Assembly: GCF_000354175.2 (NCBI RefSeq)
Contig: NC_022349.1
Coordinates: 2,970,001-3,002,000, forward strand
Source: Vibrio alginolyticus NBRC 15630 = ATCC 17749
Lineage (GTDB): Bacteria > Pseudomonadota > Gammaproteobacteria > Enterobacterales > Vibrionaceae
Reading direction: 5' to 3'
Length of the DNA: 32,000 nt
The notes under the pieces are model-generated. The model was not told the origin of the DNA and ran no database searches. It saw only the letters and a list, made by a program, of their open reading frames with translations. Below are positions 1 to 9,545 of this stretch, piece by piece; position 1 is the stretch's first letter; the number at the start of each line of letters is the position of its first letter. The position numbers and the translations under genes are program-made.

Positions 1-1
1 G

Positions 2-142
2 CCTGAATCAACATTGATCATGTTGGTGAGTGCATTTGCTGGATACGAGAACACCATGAATGCTTACAAACATGCGGTGGAAAACAAATACCGTTTCTTC
101 TCGTATGGCGATTCAATGTTCATCAAGAAGAAAACGGCGTAG
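2..142 (+). CDS. queA: S-adenosylmethionine:tRNA ribosyltransferase-isomerase QueA, C-terminal fragment (5' end upstream of window)
   Basis: Frame 2 reads [46 protein letters not shown] (TAG 140-142). This matches the QueA C-terminus as I recall it from E. coli (..[31 protein letters not shown]..). It lies directly upstream of tgt, as in the queA-tgt-yajC-secDF operon. Confidence 0.85.
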   Translation, partial: PESTLIMLVSAFAGYENTMNAYKHAVENKYRFFSYGDSMFIKKKTA

Positions 143-250
143 TTAAAAATAGATTTACGAGTGCTAGCAGTAAGCTAGGAAATAAAGCATCCATTGCTTT
201 GTCTCTCGCAAGGAAAAGCGACCGCTCCTTAAAGTAGGGTAGAGCCCTAA

Positions 251-1426
<1,176 letters not shown>

Positions 1427-1446
1427 TTGAAAAACTAAAAGAATTA

Positions 1447-1476
1447 AAGCCTTTGGCATGTCGCCAGAGGCTTTTG
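1447..1476 (+). terminator. Candidate intrinsic terminator/attenuator after tgt
   Basis: Stem aagcctttgg (1447-1456) pairs with ccagaggctt (1464-1473), with one G:U and a 7-nt loop. A short T run (ctttTG) follows. It starts 20 nt after the tgt stop. Confidence 0.5.
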
Positions 1477-1603
1477 CTAATAAAGTAGGCTAACGCACGT
1501 TATTTTTGAGAGAGCGATCTCTATTAGTTACTCTCAGACTTGAATCTAAAATGCGAAAGCCCAATTTGTTTGATTATCAATAAAATATAATGAGGATGTT
1601 TTA

Positions 1604-1933
1604 ATGTTTATTTCTCAGGCTCACGCAGCAGCAGAAGGCGCGCCAGCAGGCGGTGGTTTTGAAATGCTAATCATGCTTGGCATGTTCGCAGTGATCTTTT
1701 ACTTCATGATTTACCGCCCACAAGCGAAACGCGTAAAAGAACACAAAAACCTAATGGCTTCTATGGGCAAAGGCGACGAAGTTTTAACTAGCGGTGGCCT
1801 AGTGGGTAAAATCACTAAGATTGCTGAAGACAATGACTACATTTCAATTGAGCTTAACGCGAACAATGAAGTAGTAATCAAGAAAGACTTCATCACTGCA
1901 GTGCTACCAAAAGGTACGCTTAAGTCTCTATAA
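1604..1933 (+). CDS. yajC: Preprotein translocase accessory subunit YajC
   Basis: 109 aa with a single TM. The conserved block FYFMIYRPQAKRVKEHKNLM..GDEVLTSGGLVGKITKI..VVIKKDFITAVLPKGTLKSL parallels E. coli YajC. It lies between tgt and secD. Confidence 0.95.
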   Translation: MFISQAHAAAEGAPAGGGFEMLIMLGMFAVIFYFMIYRPQAKRVKEHKNLMASMGKGDEVLTSGGLVGKITKIAEDNDYISIELNANNEVVIKKDFITAVLPKGTLKSL

Positions 1934-1954
1934 AACAGCTAAAGGATCCTCGCT

Positions 1955-3811
1955 GTGCTAAACCGTTATCCATTATGGAAGTACTTGATGGTGCTTTTTG
2001 CCATCATCACCGCTGCGTTATACGCACTTCCAAATATCTACGGTGAAGATCCGGCTATTCAAGTTACAGGGGCGCGTGGCGCCTCTGTAGATATGTCAAC
2101 GCTGGATGCTGTCACTACTGCTCTTAACAAAGAGCAACTTTCTCATAAATCCATTGCTCTCGAAGATGGATCAGTTCTTGTTCGTTTTAACGACACTGAC
2201 ACACAAATCAGTGCTCGTGATGTCATCAGCGAAGCGCTAGGCAAAGACACAATTGTTGCACTTAACCTTGCACCTTCTACACCCGATTGGCTAGAAGCGA
2301 TTGGCGCGTCACCATTGAAGCTAGGTCTTGACCTTCGCGGTGGTGTTCACTTCTTAATGGAAGTGGATATGGATGCAGCGATGGAAAAGCTTGTTGGTCA
2401 ACAAGAAGAAGCTTTCCGTAGCGAACTTCGTGACGCCAAGATTCGTTACCGTGCAATCCGCCCTTCTGGAAAAGAAGCGGTAGAAGTGTTGTTGCGTAAC
2501 GAAGAGCAATTAGCAGAAGCGAAAGCAACGCTAGAAAAGAATCACCCGGACATGATTTTTGTCGATTCTGATTCAAATGGCCGTTACGCTCTTACTGCCA
2601 CCTTTACTGAGCAACGTTTACAAGAGATCCGTAACTATGCTGTTGAGCAAAACATTACGATTTTACGTAATCGTGTCAACGAACTAGGTGTTGCGGAACC
2701 ATTGGTTCAACGTCAAGGTGCTAGTCGCATTGTGGTTGAACTGCCTGGTGTTCAAGACACTGCTCGTGCAAAAGAAATTCTCGGAGCTACGGCAACGCTT
2801 GAATTCCGTGAAGTTGATGATAAAGCTGACCTATCGGCAGCGGCAAATGGTCGTGCGCCAGCAGGTAGTGAAATCAAGATGGACCGTGATGGTCGCCCAG
2901 TTGTGCTTAAGAAGCGCGTTATTCTTGGCGGTCAAAGCATCACAGATGCAAGCTCAAGTGTTGATGAATATGGTCGTCCACAAGTTAACATCTCGCTAGA
3001 CAGCGAAGGTGGTAATAAGATGTCTGCGTTCTCTAAGAAGAACATTGGTAAGCTAATGGCTACCGTGTTTGCAGAATACAAAGACAGTGGCCGTCGTACG
3101 CCTGAAGGCAAAGTTATTCTGGATAAGCATGAAGAAGTCATCAACCAAGCAACGATTCAATCGGCTCTTGGTCGTAACTTCCGTATCACAGGTATCGACT
3201 CTGCTGCAGAAGCACACAACCTAGCACTTCTACTACGTGCTGGTGCACTGATTGCACCTATCTCTATCGTTGAAGAACGTACCATTGGTCCATCAATGGG
3301 CCAGCAAAACATCGATATGGGTATCCAAGCATGTATCTGGGGTATGGTTGCCGTAATGCTATTTACGCTGCTTTACTACCGCGGCTTTGGTTTGATTGCA
3401 AACATCGCTCTAATGGCAAACTTGGTGCTTATCATTGGTGTTATGTCGATGATTCCAGGCGCTACCATGACGCTTCCGGGGATAGCCGGTATCGTGTTAA
3501 CAGTCGGTATGGCGGTTGATGCGAACGTACTGATCTTCGAGCGTATCCGTGAAGAAATTCGTGATGGACGTAGTCCACAACAAGCGATTCACCAAGGTTA
3601 CGCGAATGCATTCAGCACGATTGCTGATGCGAACATCACAACACTAATTACTGCAATCATTCTATTTGCGGTCGGTACAGGTGCGGTGAAAGGTTTCGCA
3701 GTTACTCTATCTATCGGTATCTTAACTTCAATGTTCACCGCCATTATTGGTACACGTTGTATCGTGAACCTGATCTACGGTGGCAAACGCGTTGATAAAT
3801 TGTCGATCTAA
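1955..3811 (+). CDS. secD: Protein translocase subunit SecD
   Basis: 618 aa with a GTG start after AAAGGA. The N-terminus [71 protein letters not shown], and the C-terminal multi-TM block ending GGKRV.KLSI all match recalled E. coli SecD. Confidence 0.97.
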   Translation: MLNRYPLWKYLMVLFAIITAALYALPNIYGEDPAIQVTGARGASVDMSTLDAVTTALNKEQLSHKSIALEDGSVLVRFNDTDTQISARDVISEALGKDTIVALNLAPSTPDWLEAIGASPLKLGLDLRGGVHFLMEVDMDAAMEKLVGQQEEAFRSELRDAKIRYRAIRPSGKEAVEVLLRNEEQLAEAKATLEKNHPDMIFVDSDSNGRYALTATFTEQRLQEIRNYAVEQNITILRNRVNELGVAEPLVQRQGASRIVVELPGVQDTARAKEILGATATLEFREVDDKADLSAAANGRAPAGSEIKMDRDGRPVVLKKRVILGGQSITDASSSVDEYGRPQVNISLDSEGGNKMSAFSKKNIGKLMATVFAEYKDSGRRTPEGKVILDKHEEVINQATIQSALGRNFRITGIDSAAEAHNLALLLRAGALIAPISIVEERTIGPSMGQQNIDMGIQACIWGMVAVMLFTLLYYRGFGLIANIALMANLVLIIGVMSMIPGATMTLPGIAGIVLTVGMAVDANVLIFERIREEIRDGRSPQQAIHQGYANAFSTIADANITTLITAIILFAVGTGAVKGFAVTLSIGILTSMFTAIIGTRCIVNLIYGGKRVDKLSI

Positions 3812-3825
3812 GGCTGGGAATTAAT

Positions 3826-4773
3826 ATGTTTCAAATTCTAAAAGCAGAGAAGACGATCGGCTTTATGCGTTGGTCGAAAGTAGCATTCGTTTTTTCAATT
3901 ATAATGATTGCTGCTTCTATCTTCACTTTGTCAACCAAGTGGCTTAATTGGGGTCTAGATTTCACTGGCGGTACGCTTATCGAGGTCGGTTTTGAACAGC
4001 CAGCAAACCTTGAAGAGATTCGTGCAGCACTAGATTCAAAAGGCTTTGGTGATGCGACAGTACAAAACTTCGGTAGTGCTCGTGAAGTCATGGTCCGTCT
4101 TCGTCCACGTGATGACGTTTCTGGTGAAACGCTAGGTAACCAAATCATTGGTGCTATCAAAGATGGTACTGGCGAAAGCGTAGAAATGCGTCGTATTGAG
4201 TTCGTAGGTCCCAACGTTGGTGATGAGCTAACAGAAGCTGGTGGTCTAGCGATCTTGGTATCGCTGATCTGTATCCTGCTTTATGTATCGATGCGATTTG
4301 AATGGCGTCTAGCGGCTGGTGCGGTAATGGCATTGGCTCACGATATAATTATCACGCTAGGTGTCTTCTCGTTTCTACAAATTGAAGTTGACCTGACCAT
4401 CGTAGCTGCGCTACTGACGGTTGTGGGCTACTCACTCAACGATACCATCGTTGTATTTGACCGGATTCGTGAAAACTTCCGTAAGATGCGTAAGGGTGAA
4501 CCTTCGGATATCATGGACGCTTCAATCACTCAAACATTGAGCCGTACATTGATTACGTCGGGTACAACCTTGTTCGTAGTAATTGCACTGTTCATGCAGG
4601 GTGGTGCTATGATTCACGGCTTCGCAACTGCACTTTTACTCGGTATCACTGTTGGTACTTACTCTTCTATCTACGTAGCATCAGCACTAGCGCTGAAACT
4701 GGGCATCCAGAAAGAGCACTTGATGCCACCTCAAGTAGAAAAAGAAGGTGCAGAGTTCGACGAGATGCCATAA
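3826..4773 (+). CDS. secF: Protein translocase subunit SecF
   Basis: 315 aa. Shows LNWGLDFTGGTLIEV, the six-TM SecD/F C-terminal domain, and LNDTIVVFDRIRENFRK. It starts 14 nt after secD. Confidence 0.96.
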   Translation: MFQILKAEKTIGFMRWSKVAFVFSIIMIAASIFTLSTKWLNWGLDFTGGTLIEVGFEQPANLEEIRAALDSKGFGDATVQNFGSAREVMVRLRPRDDVSGETLGNQIIGAIKDGTGESVEMRRIEFVGPNVGDELTEAGGLAILVSLICILLYVSMRFEWRLAAGAVMALAHDIIITLGVFSFLQIEVDLTIVAALLTVVGYSLNDTIVVFDRIRENFRKMRKGEPSDIMDASITQTLSRTLITSGTTLFVVIALFMQGGAMIHGFATALLLGITVGTYSSIYVASALALKLGIQKEHLMPPQVEKEGAEFDEMP

Positions 4774-4799
4774 GGCAGATTGAGAACCGAAAACAAAAA

Positions 4800-4824
4800 C
4801 CGCTGAGCAATCAGCGGTTTTTTT
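4800..4824 (+). terminator. Rho-independent terminator of the secDF operon
   Basis: ccgctga (4800-4806), loop gcaa, tcagcgg (4811-4817), followed by T7 (4818-4824). An A-rich run (aaaacaaaaa) precedes it, so it could also function from the other strand. Confidence 0.85.
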
Positions 4825-4833
4825 ATGCCTGAT

Positions 4834-4845
4834 AGATTTGAAAGT
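4834..4845. repeat. Left copy of the 12-bp inverted repeat bracketing the secF-suhB islet (AGATTTGAAAGT)
   Basis: Its exact reverse complement occurs at 5867-5878 (ACTTTCAAATCT). I read both directly from the sequence. Confidence 0.8.
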
Positions 4846-4887
4846 TTCATTTTTTTTTGAGGTACTTCCAGCTTGAATTGTAGTTTT

Positions 4888-4916
4888 TTGATTGAGTTGA
4901 ATATCGGAAGTATGTT
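4888..4916 (+). promoter_or_regulatory. Candidate sigma70 promoter for the islet genes
   Basis: TTGATT (4888-4893), a 17-bp spacer, then TATGTT (4911-4916). This is about 20 nt upstream of the GGGAGG SD and ATG 4938. A T9 tract lies upstream at 4850-4858. Confidence 0.35.
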
Positions 4917-4937
4917 CAACAATTTCGGGAGGAAATA

Positions 4938-5354
4938 ATGTCAAGGCAAGCTGAAATAAAAGTACAGTTACTGAAGTTTGTAGAGATTTCTTACAAGCAC
5001 AATAAAGGTGTTACCACCAAGCTAGTTACTGGAGGGAAAAGGTTCAAGTTAGCAGTTGATGAGTCAGGTAAAGTAACTTTATCTGGTGAGCTTGGATTTA
5101 CTAAGTTTGAAGTTTCAAAAGAAATGGTTGAAGAGCTGGGCATAAAATTAAAAGCCGTTTCTGTTACTTTTAAAACTACTCGTGATGGTGTTTTGACATA
5201 CAGTGGGAGTGTTTCTCTTTTTGGTGTTGTTTCCTTTGGAGTTACTGGGCAGGTAAATGTCCGTGAGCTTTTAGAGCAGTGCGAGTGGGGGCTTTGTAAG
5301 TACAGATTTAAGCCGAGTAAAATTGATCAAGCGCTCCGTGAAGCTGGGGTTTAG
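4938..5354 (+). CDS. Hypothetical protein, 138 aa, beta-rich, no signal peptide (islet gene A)
   Basis: A strong SD (GGGAGG, 4927-4932) sits 5 nt before the ATG. The ORF is bounded by the promoter-like element and ORF B. AT-rich, with rare AGG/AGA/GGA/GGG codons. I recognise no family. Confidence 0.65.
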   Translation: MSRQAEIKVQLLKFVEISYKHNKGVTTKLVTGGKRFKLAVDESGKVTLSGELGFTKFEVSKEMVEELGIKLKAVSVTFKTTRDGVLTYSGSVSLFGVVSFGVTGQVNVRELLEQCEWGLCKYRFKPSKIDQALREAGV

Positions 5355-5807
5355 TTGGTTATGCTAAATAGAATTCTACCTATTCCGGTTTTACTAAGTG
5401 TTTCAACGCCCTGCATCGCAAGTCCACTCCACGATACTTACCTTGATATACGTAATAATTTATACAAGATGCAGTATATAGAGGTGGTAGAAGCTATGGC
5501 AGGACCAAATCTATCGATTGAAGAGCTGAACAGTATTAAGTCTCACCCAATAAAATTTGGTCATCAATTTCCATTTTTATCATCTATCCCATCAAGTTTG
5601 GTTACAGAGCTGTCTTACTTTGAAGAGTACAGTGAGGATGGAGGAGTTGGATGTCTTTCTGTAAACGGCTTTGGTGATGTATACCAGCCAGTCACGGTTT
5701 CGCTGCAGTTTTTAATGAAGGAACAAATATGGAAGGTTAAGCACGTAAAAATAGACCACTTATCTGACTACGACCGTTTCTACAAACAGGCTGATTGTTC
5801 GAAATAA
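5355..5807 (+). CDS. Hypothetical exported protein, 150 aa from TTG 5355 (148 aa from ATG 5361), Sec-type signal peptide (islet gene B)
   Basis: It starts immediately after the TAG of gene A. N-terminus: MLNR, then hydrophobic ILPIPVLLSVSTP, then a CIA|SP cleavage-like site. I recognise no family. The 5811-5833 hairpin follows it. Confidence 0.6.
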   Translation: MVMLNRILPIPVLLSVSTPCIASPLHDTYLDIRNNLYKMQYIEVVEAMAGPNLSIEELNSIKSHPIKFGHQFPFLSSIPSSLVTELSYFEEYSEDGGVGCLSVNGFGDVYQPVTVSLQFLMKEQIWKVKHVKIDHLSDYDRFYKQADCSK

Positions 5808-5810
5808 AAA

Positions 5811-5833
5811 AGCCCCGCTCAATGAGCGGGGCT
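5811..5833. terminator. Bidirectional terminator hairpin (islet gene B / suhB)
   Basis: agccccgctc (5811-5820), loop aat, gagcggggct (5824-5833): a 10-bp GC-rich stem. On the minus strand it is followed by TTTTTTATTT, giving a strong suhB terminator 45 nt past the suhB stop. On the plus strand only TTTCT follows. Confidence 0.8.
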
Positions 5834-5866
5834 TTCTAAAGTCATCAGCGTGACGGGCTAGATATG

Positions 5867-5878
5867 ACTTTCAAATCT
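5867..5878. repeat. Right copy of the 12-bp inverted repeat bracketing the islet (ACTTTCAAATCT)
   Basis: Exact reverse complement of 4834-4845. Its last base is the first base of the suhB stop-codon complement (tta, 5878-5880). Confidence 0.8.
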
Positions 5879-6681
5879 TACTTAAGGATCGCGCTGTTAC
5901 CGTTTTCGCGGATGTGCTTAAGGATAGATTTTACGCCACGAGCGCTTGAAGCAACGATGTTACCAGACTTCATGTAGTCAGTGCCGCCAGCAAAGTCTGT
6001 TAGGATTGCGCCAGCTTCACGAGCAATAAGCTCACCTGCTGCCATATCCCAAGGTTTTAGGCCTAGTTCGAAGTAACCATCAACACGGCCAGCAGCCACG
6101 TAACAAAGGTCTAGAGCAGCAGAGCCGCTACGACGGAAATCAGCACACTCAGTGAATAGCGCACCAACGATCTTGATGTAAGACTCAGCGTGTTGTTTCT
6201 GCTTGAATGGGAAGCCTGTTGCTAGAACAGTACCTTGAAGGTCTTTTAGTTGAGCAACACGAATACGCGCACTGTTTAGTTGAGCGCCGGCACCGCGTTG
6301 TGCAGTGAATAGCTCGTTTTGCATTGGATCGTAAACACAAGCAACTTCAGTTTTGCCCTTAATACGAACAGCGATAGAAACCGCGAAAGTTGGGTAACCT
6401 TTTACAAAGTTAGTGGTGCCATCCAGTGGGTCGATGATCCATTGTACGTCTTTATCTTTACCTTCGATAAGACCTTGTTCTTCAGCAACGATACAGTGCT
6501 CAGGGTAAGACTGCTTGATAGTATCGATGATGATGTATTCTGCTTCTTTGTCTACGTTAGTGACAAAGTCATTAGTGCCTTTAAGAGTAGATTCTACTTT
6601 ATCAGTGTTTTCTAATGATTTAGCAATATGATTGCCTGCCTTTCGCGCAGCGCGAATAGCAATGTTTAGCATTGGATGCAT
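5878..6681 (-). CDS. suhB: Inositol-1-monophosphatase family protein SuhB
   Basis: I trimmed the 277-aa track ORF to the ATG at 6681. This gives 267 aa starting MHPMLNIAIRAARKAGN, the same N-terminus and length as recalled E. coli SuhB. IMPase motifs WIIDPLDGTTNF and FRRSGSAALDLCYVAAGRVDGYFE are present. Confidence 0.95.
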   Translation of the reverse strand: MHPMLNIAIRAARKAGNHIAKSLENTDKVESTLKGTNDFVTNVDKEAEYIIIDTIKQSYPEHCIVAEEQGLIEGKDKDVQWIIDPLDGTTNFVKGYPTFAVSIAVRIKGKTEVACVYDPMQNELFTAQRGAGAQLNSARIRVAQLKDLQGTVLATGFPFKQKQHAESYIKIVGALFTECADFRRSGSAALDLCYVAAGRVDGYFELGLKPWDMAAGELIAREAGAILTDFAGGTDYMKSGNIVASSARGVKSILKHIRENGNSAILK

Positions 6682-6912
6682 ACGAATTTCCCAACGGATG
6701 TTAAAGAACAAATGAAAGCGGCGGCGAGTATACCAGAGATAATTAAAAAGGGAAGTGGTTATTTTTTACTCTAATTGCGGCCGACTGAGTGTACAGATCA
6801 TACTGCGGACGAGAACAATAACCAAGAATGAGAAGAGAGGTCTGCTTGCCTCTAGGGTGTCTTAAAAAACTATGATAACATTCTGCGGTTTTAATTTAGG
6901 TAGCAAACACAG

Positions 6913-7632
6913 ATGTTGGATCAAGTAAAAATTGTACTCGTAGGTACCTCTCATTCAGGCAATATTGGCTCAGCAGCTCGAGCAATGAAAGTGATGGGTT
7001 TAAACCAACTAGTATTAGTCGATCCACAATGTGAAGTGGATGAACAAACTCTTGCTTTAGCTGCGGGTGCTGGTGATATTGCTCAAAATGCAAAGATTGT
7101 CGGCACATTAGAAGAAGCGGTTGAAGATTGTGGCCTTGTTGTGGGTTCTAGCGCCCGCTCTCGTACATTAGAATGGCCAATGCTCGAGCCACGTGAATGC
7201 GGTGAGAAATTTGCAGTTGAAGGCCGAAAGCATCCGGTTGCGCTCGTGTTTGGCCGAGAAAGAACTGGTTTGACAAACGAAGAGCTACAAAAGTGCCACT
7301 ACCATGTTTGTATTCCCGCTAATCCTGAGTACAGCTCGCTTAACCTAGCGATGGCTGTACAAACTCTCAGTTACGAAGTGCGAGTTGCACACTTGAACTT
7401 AGAGCAAAGCCAGTTTTCCCCAAATGAATCGGAAGAATACCCGCGTCATCGAGAACTCGAAATGTTCTTCGAGCATCTTGAAAAGGTGATGGTTGAGACC
7501 CAGTTTATTAACAAAGAGCAACCTGGACAGGTGATGAATAAGTTGCGCCGTTTGTTCTCTCGTGCTCGACCAGAAACCCAAGAACTTAATATTCTACGAG
7601 GCGTTTTGACTTCGATAGAAAAGAAGTTCTGA
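6913..7632 (+). CDS. trmJ: tRNA (cytidine/uridine-2'-O-)-methyltransferase TrmJ (SpoU class)
   Basis: 239 aa. [30 protein letters not shown] and [40 protein letters not shown] parallel recalled E. coli TrmJ. It is divergent from suhB and upstream of iscR, as in E. coli. Confidence 0.93.
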   Translation: MLDQVKIVLVGTSHSGNIGSAARAMKVMGLNQLVLVDPQCEVDEQTLALAAGAGDIAQNAKIVGTLEEAVEDCGLVVGSSARSRTLEWPMLEPRECGEKFAVEGRKHPVALVFGRERTGLTNEELQKCHYHVCIPANPEYSSLNLAMAVQTLSYEVRVAHLNLEQSQFSPNESEEYPRHRELEMFFEHLEKVMVETQFINKEQPGQVMNKLRRLFSRARPETQELNILRGVLTSIEKKF

Positions 7633-7664
7633 GTGAATAATAACCACTTTAGGTGTAAGGATGA

Positions 7665-7714
7665 ATACCTGAGTAAAATGGTCAAATAAATACTTGACCA
7701 AATTACTCAGGTAT
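7665..7714 (+). promoter_or_regulatory. Two adjacent 25-bp type-1 IscR boxes forming a 50-bp near-palindrome in the iscR promoter
   Basis: Site A is ATACCTGAGTAAAATGGTCAAATAA (7665-7689). Site B is ATACTTGACCAAATTACTCAGGTAT (7690-7714). By my count site B matches the recalled type-1 consensus ATASYYGACTRWWWYAGTCRRSTAT at 23/25. The outer 12 bp (ATACCTGAGTAA / TTACTCAGGTAT) are perfect reverse complements. The -35-like TTGACC (7694-7699) lies inside site B. Confidence 0.75.
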
Positions 7715-7757
7715 GGAAAAATCTTAACCATTACAAACCATGTGGATACGGTGTGGT

Positions 7758-8264
7758 ATGAAACTTACATCTAAAGGAAGATATGCGGTGACAGCCATGC
7801 TGGATGTGGCACTGCATTCGCAACAAAACCCTGTACCTCTGGCTGATATTTCAGAGCGTCAAGGGATCTCGCTCTCTTACTTAGAGCAGCTATTTTCAAA
7901 ATTGCGTAAAGCAGGTCTCGTTGCCAGCGTTCGTGGTCCTGGTGGTGGTTACCGACTTGGTGCCGACGCTCACAGTATCGCTATTGGTACCGTGATTGCT
8001 GCCGTTGATGAGTCAGTAGATGCAACCAAATGCCAAGGTAAAGGAGATTGCCAAGGTGGAACACGTTGCCTTACTCACACGCTGTGGCGTGACCTAAGCT
8101 CTCGCATTAGTGACTTTTTGAATAACATCACTCTTGGTGAGTTGATGACAGACAATGAAGTACTCGAAATTTCTGATCGTCAGGACATTGATCTGGCGGT
8201 AACCCATGGGCTATCAAACAAAAATACAACCGCCGCGCCCATCGGTGTAAACGTCCGCTCTTAG
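7758..8264 (+). CDS. iscR: Fe-S cluster assembly transcriptional regulator IscR (Rrf2 family)
   Basis: I trimmed the ORF to ATG 7758, giving [20 protein letters not shown] (168 aa). Close to recalled E. coli IscR throughout ([25 protein letters not shown], cluster-ligand region [22 protein letters not shown]). Confidence 0.96.
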   Translation: MKLTSKGRYAVTAMLDVALHSQQNPVPLADISERQGISLSYLEQLFSKLRKAGLVASVRGPGGGYRLGADAHSIAIGTVIAAVDESVDATKCQGKGDCQGGTRCLTHTLWRDLSSRISDFLNNITLGELMTDNEVLEISDRQDIDLAVTHGLSNKNTTAAPIGVNVRS

Positions 8265-8292
8265 CGGTCAGCTTTTTACATTGGAGTAGAGA

Positions 8293-9507
8293 ATGAAACT
8301 GCCGATTTATCTTGATTATTCCGCTACATGTCCAGTTGATCCACGTGTTGCTGAAAAAATGGTTCAGTACATGACAATGGATGGCACATTTGGCAACCCA
8401 GCGTCACGTTCGCACCGTTACGGCTGGCAGGCAGAAGAAGCGGTCGATACTGCTCGTGAGCAAATTGCTGACCTTCTAAATGCAGATCCTCGCGAAATCG
8501 TATTTACATCTGGTGCGACAGAATCAGACAACCTTGCGATTAAAGGTGCAGCGCACTTTTACTCGAAGAAAGGCAAGCACGTAATCACTTGTAAAACAGA
8601 GCACAAAGCCGTTCTTGACCCATGTCGTCAACTTGAGCGTGAAGGCTTTGAAGTGACTTACCTTGAGCCAGAATCAAATGGCTTGATCGATCTAGGGAAG
8701 CTTAGAGCAGCCATGCGTGATGACACGGTGCTTGTGTCTATTATGCATGTAAACAACGAGATTGGTGTGGTTCAAGACATTACAGCGATCGGCGAACTGT
8801 GCCGTGAGCGTAAAATTGTTTTCCACGTGGATGCTGCGCAATCTGCTGGTAAATTACCAATCGACGTTCAAGAGATGAAAGTTGATCTAATTTCACTTTC
8901 TGCTCACAAAGTTTACGGTCCTAAAGGTATCGGTGCACTTTACGTACGTCGTAAGCCTCGTATTCGTCTTGAAGCGCAAATGCACGGTGGCGGTCATGAG
9001 CGTGGTTTCCGCTCTGGTACACTTCCTACTCACCAAATCGTAGGTATGGGTGAAGCATTCCGCATTGCAAAAGAAGACATGCAAAAAGATTACGATCATG
9101 CTTTAGCGCTTCGTAACCGTCTTTTTGATGGCGTGAAAGACTTAGAAGCAGTGACGGTAAACGGTGACTTTGAGCAGCGTGTACCACACAACCTAAACAT
9201 CAGCTTCGCATTCGTAGAAGGTGAATCACTACTAATGTCGCTTAAAGATCTAGCGGTATCTTCTGGTAGTGCTTGTACGTCTGCAAGCCTTGAGCCTTCT
9301 TACGTTCTTCGTGCCCTAGGCATGGATGACGAATTGGCTCACAGCTCGGTTCGTTTCTCGTTTGGTCGTTTCACGACTGAAGAAGAAATTGATTACGCAA
9401 TTGAACAAATCCGCGTTGCAGTGACTAAGCTACGCGACATGTCTCCTCTATGGGATATGTACAAAGAAGGGATTGATTTGAGCACTGTTGAATGGGCTCA
9501 CCATTAA
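8293..9507 (+). CDS. iscS: Cysteine desulfurase IscS
   Basis: 404 aa. [26 protein letters not shown]-lysine motif [12 protein letters not shown], active-site loop [22 protein letters not shown]-terminus EWAHH. Confidence 0.98.
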   Translation: MKLPIYLDYSATCPVDPRVAEKMVQYMTMDGTFGNPASRSHRYGWQAEEAVDTAREQIADLLNADPREIVFTSGATESDNLAIKGAAHFYSKKGKHVITCKTEHKAVLDPCRQLEREGFEVTYLEPESNGLIDLGKLRAAMRDDTVLVSIMHVNNEIGVVQDITAIGELCRERKIVFHVDAAQSAGKLPIDVQEMKVDLISLSAHKVYGPKGIGALYVRRKPRIRLEAQMHGGGHERGFRSGTLPTHQIVGMGEAFRIAKEDMQKDYDHALALRNRLFDGVKDLEAVTVNGDFEQRVPHNLNISFAFVEGESLLMSLKDLAVSSGSACTSASLEPSYVLRALGMDDELAHSSVRFSFGRFTTEEEIDYAIEQIRVAVTKLRDMSPLWDMYKEGIDLSTVEWAHH

Positions 9508-9545
9508 TCTCAGGGATTGAAATAGAGGATTCGAGGTAATTTATC

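Noticed and set aside
4850-4858. T9 homopolymer tract at the left edge of the islet as a phase-variation switch
   Set aside because: It lies upstream of the candidate -35 rather than in a promoter spacer or coding region. Length changes would have no obvious consequence, and there is no supporting evidence.
4687-4944. Minus-strand ORFs of 85 aa and 63 aa (4687-4944 and 4731-4922) spanning the secF 3' end and the secF-islet spacer
   Set aside because: Both run through the secF terminator hairpin and overlap the secF coding sequence antisense. They have no SD, and the region is better explained as terminator plus promoter for the plus-strand islet genes.
6682-6711. 5' extensions of track ORFs: suhB (6682-6711), iscR (7740-7757), rlmN (15691-15714), AlaX-like (24226-24285), xseA (27041-27199), guaB (27224-27271)
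   Set aside because: In each case the conserved orthologue N-terminus begins at a downstream start codon. The extension also overlaps promoter, terminator or operator sequence. The coordinates given here are for the first case.
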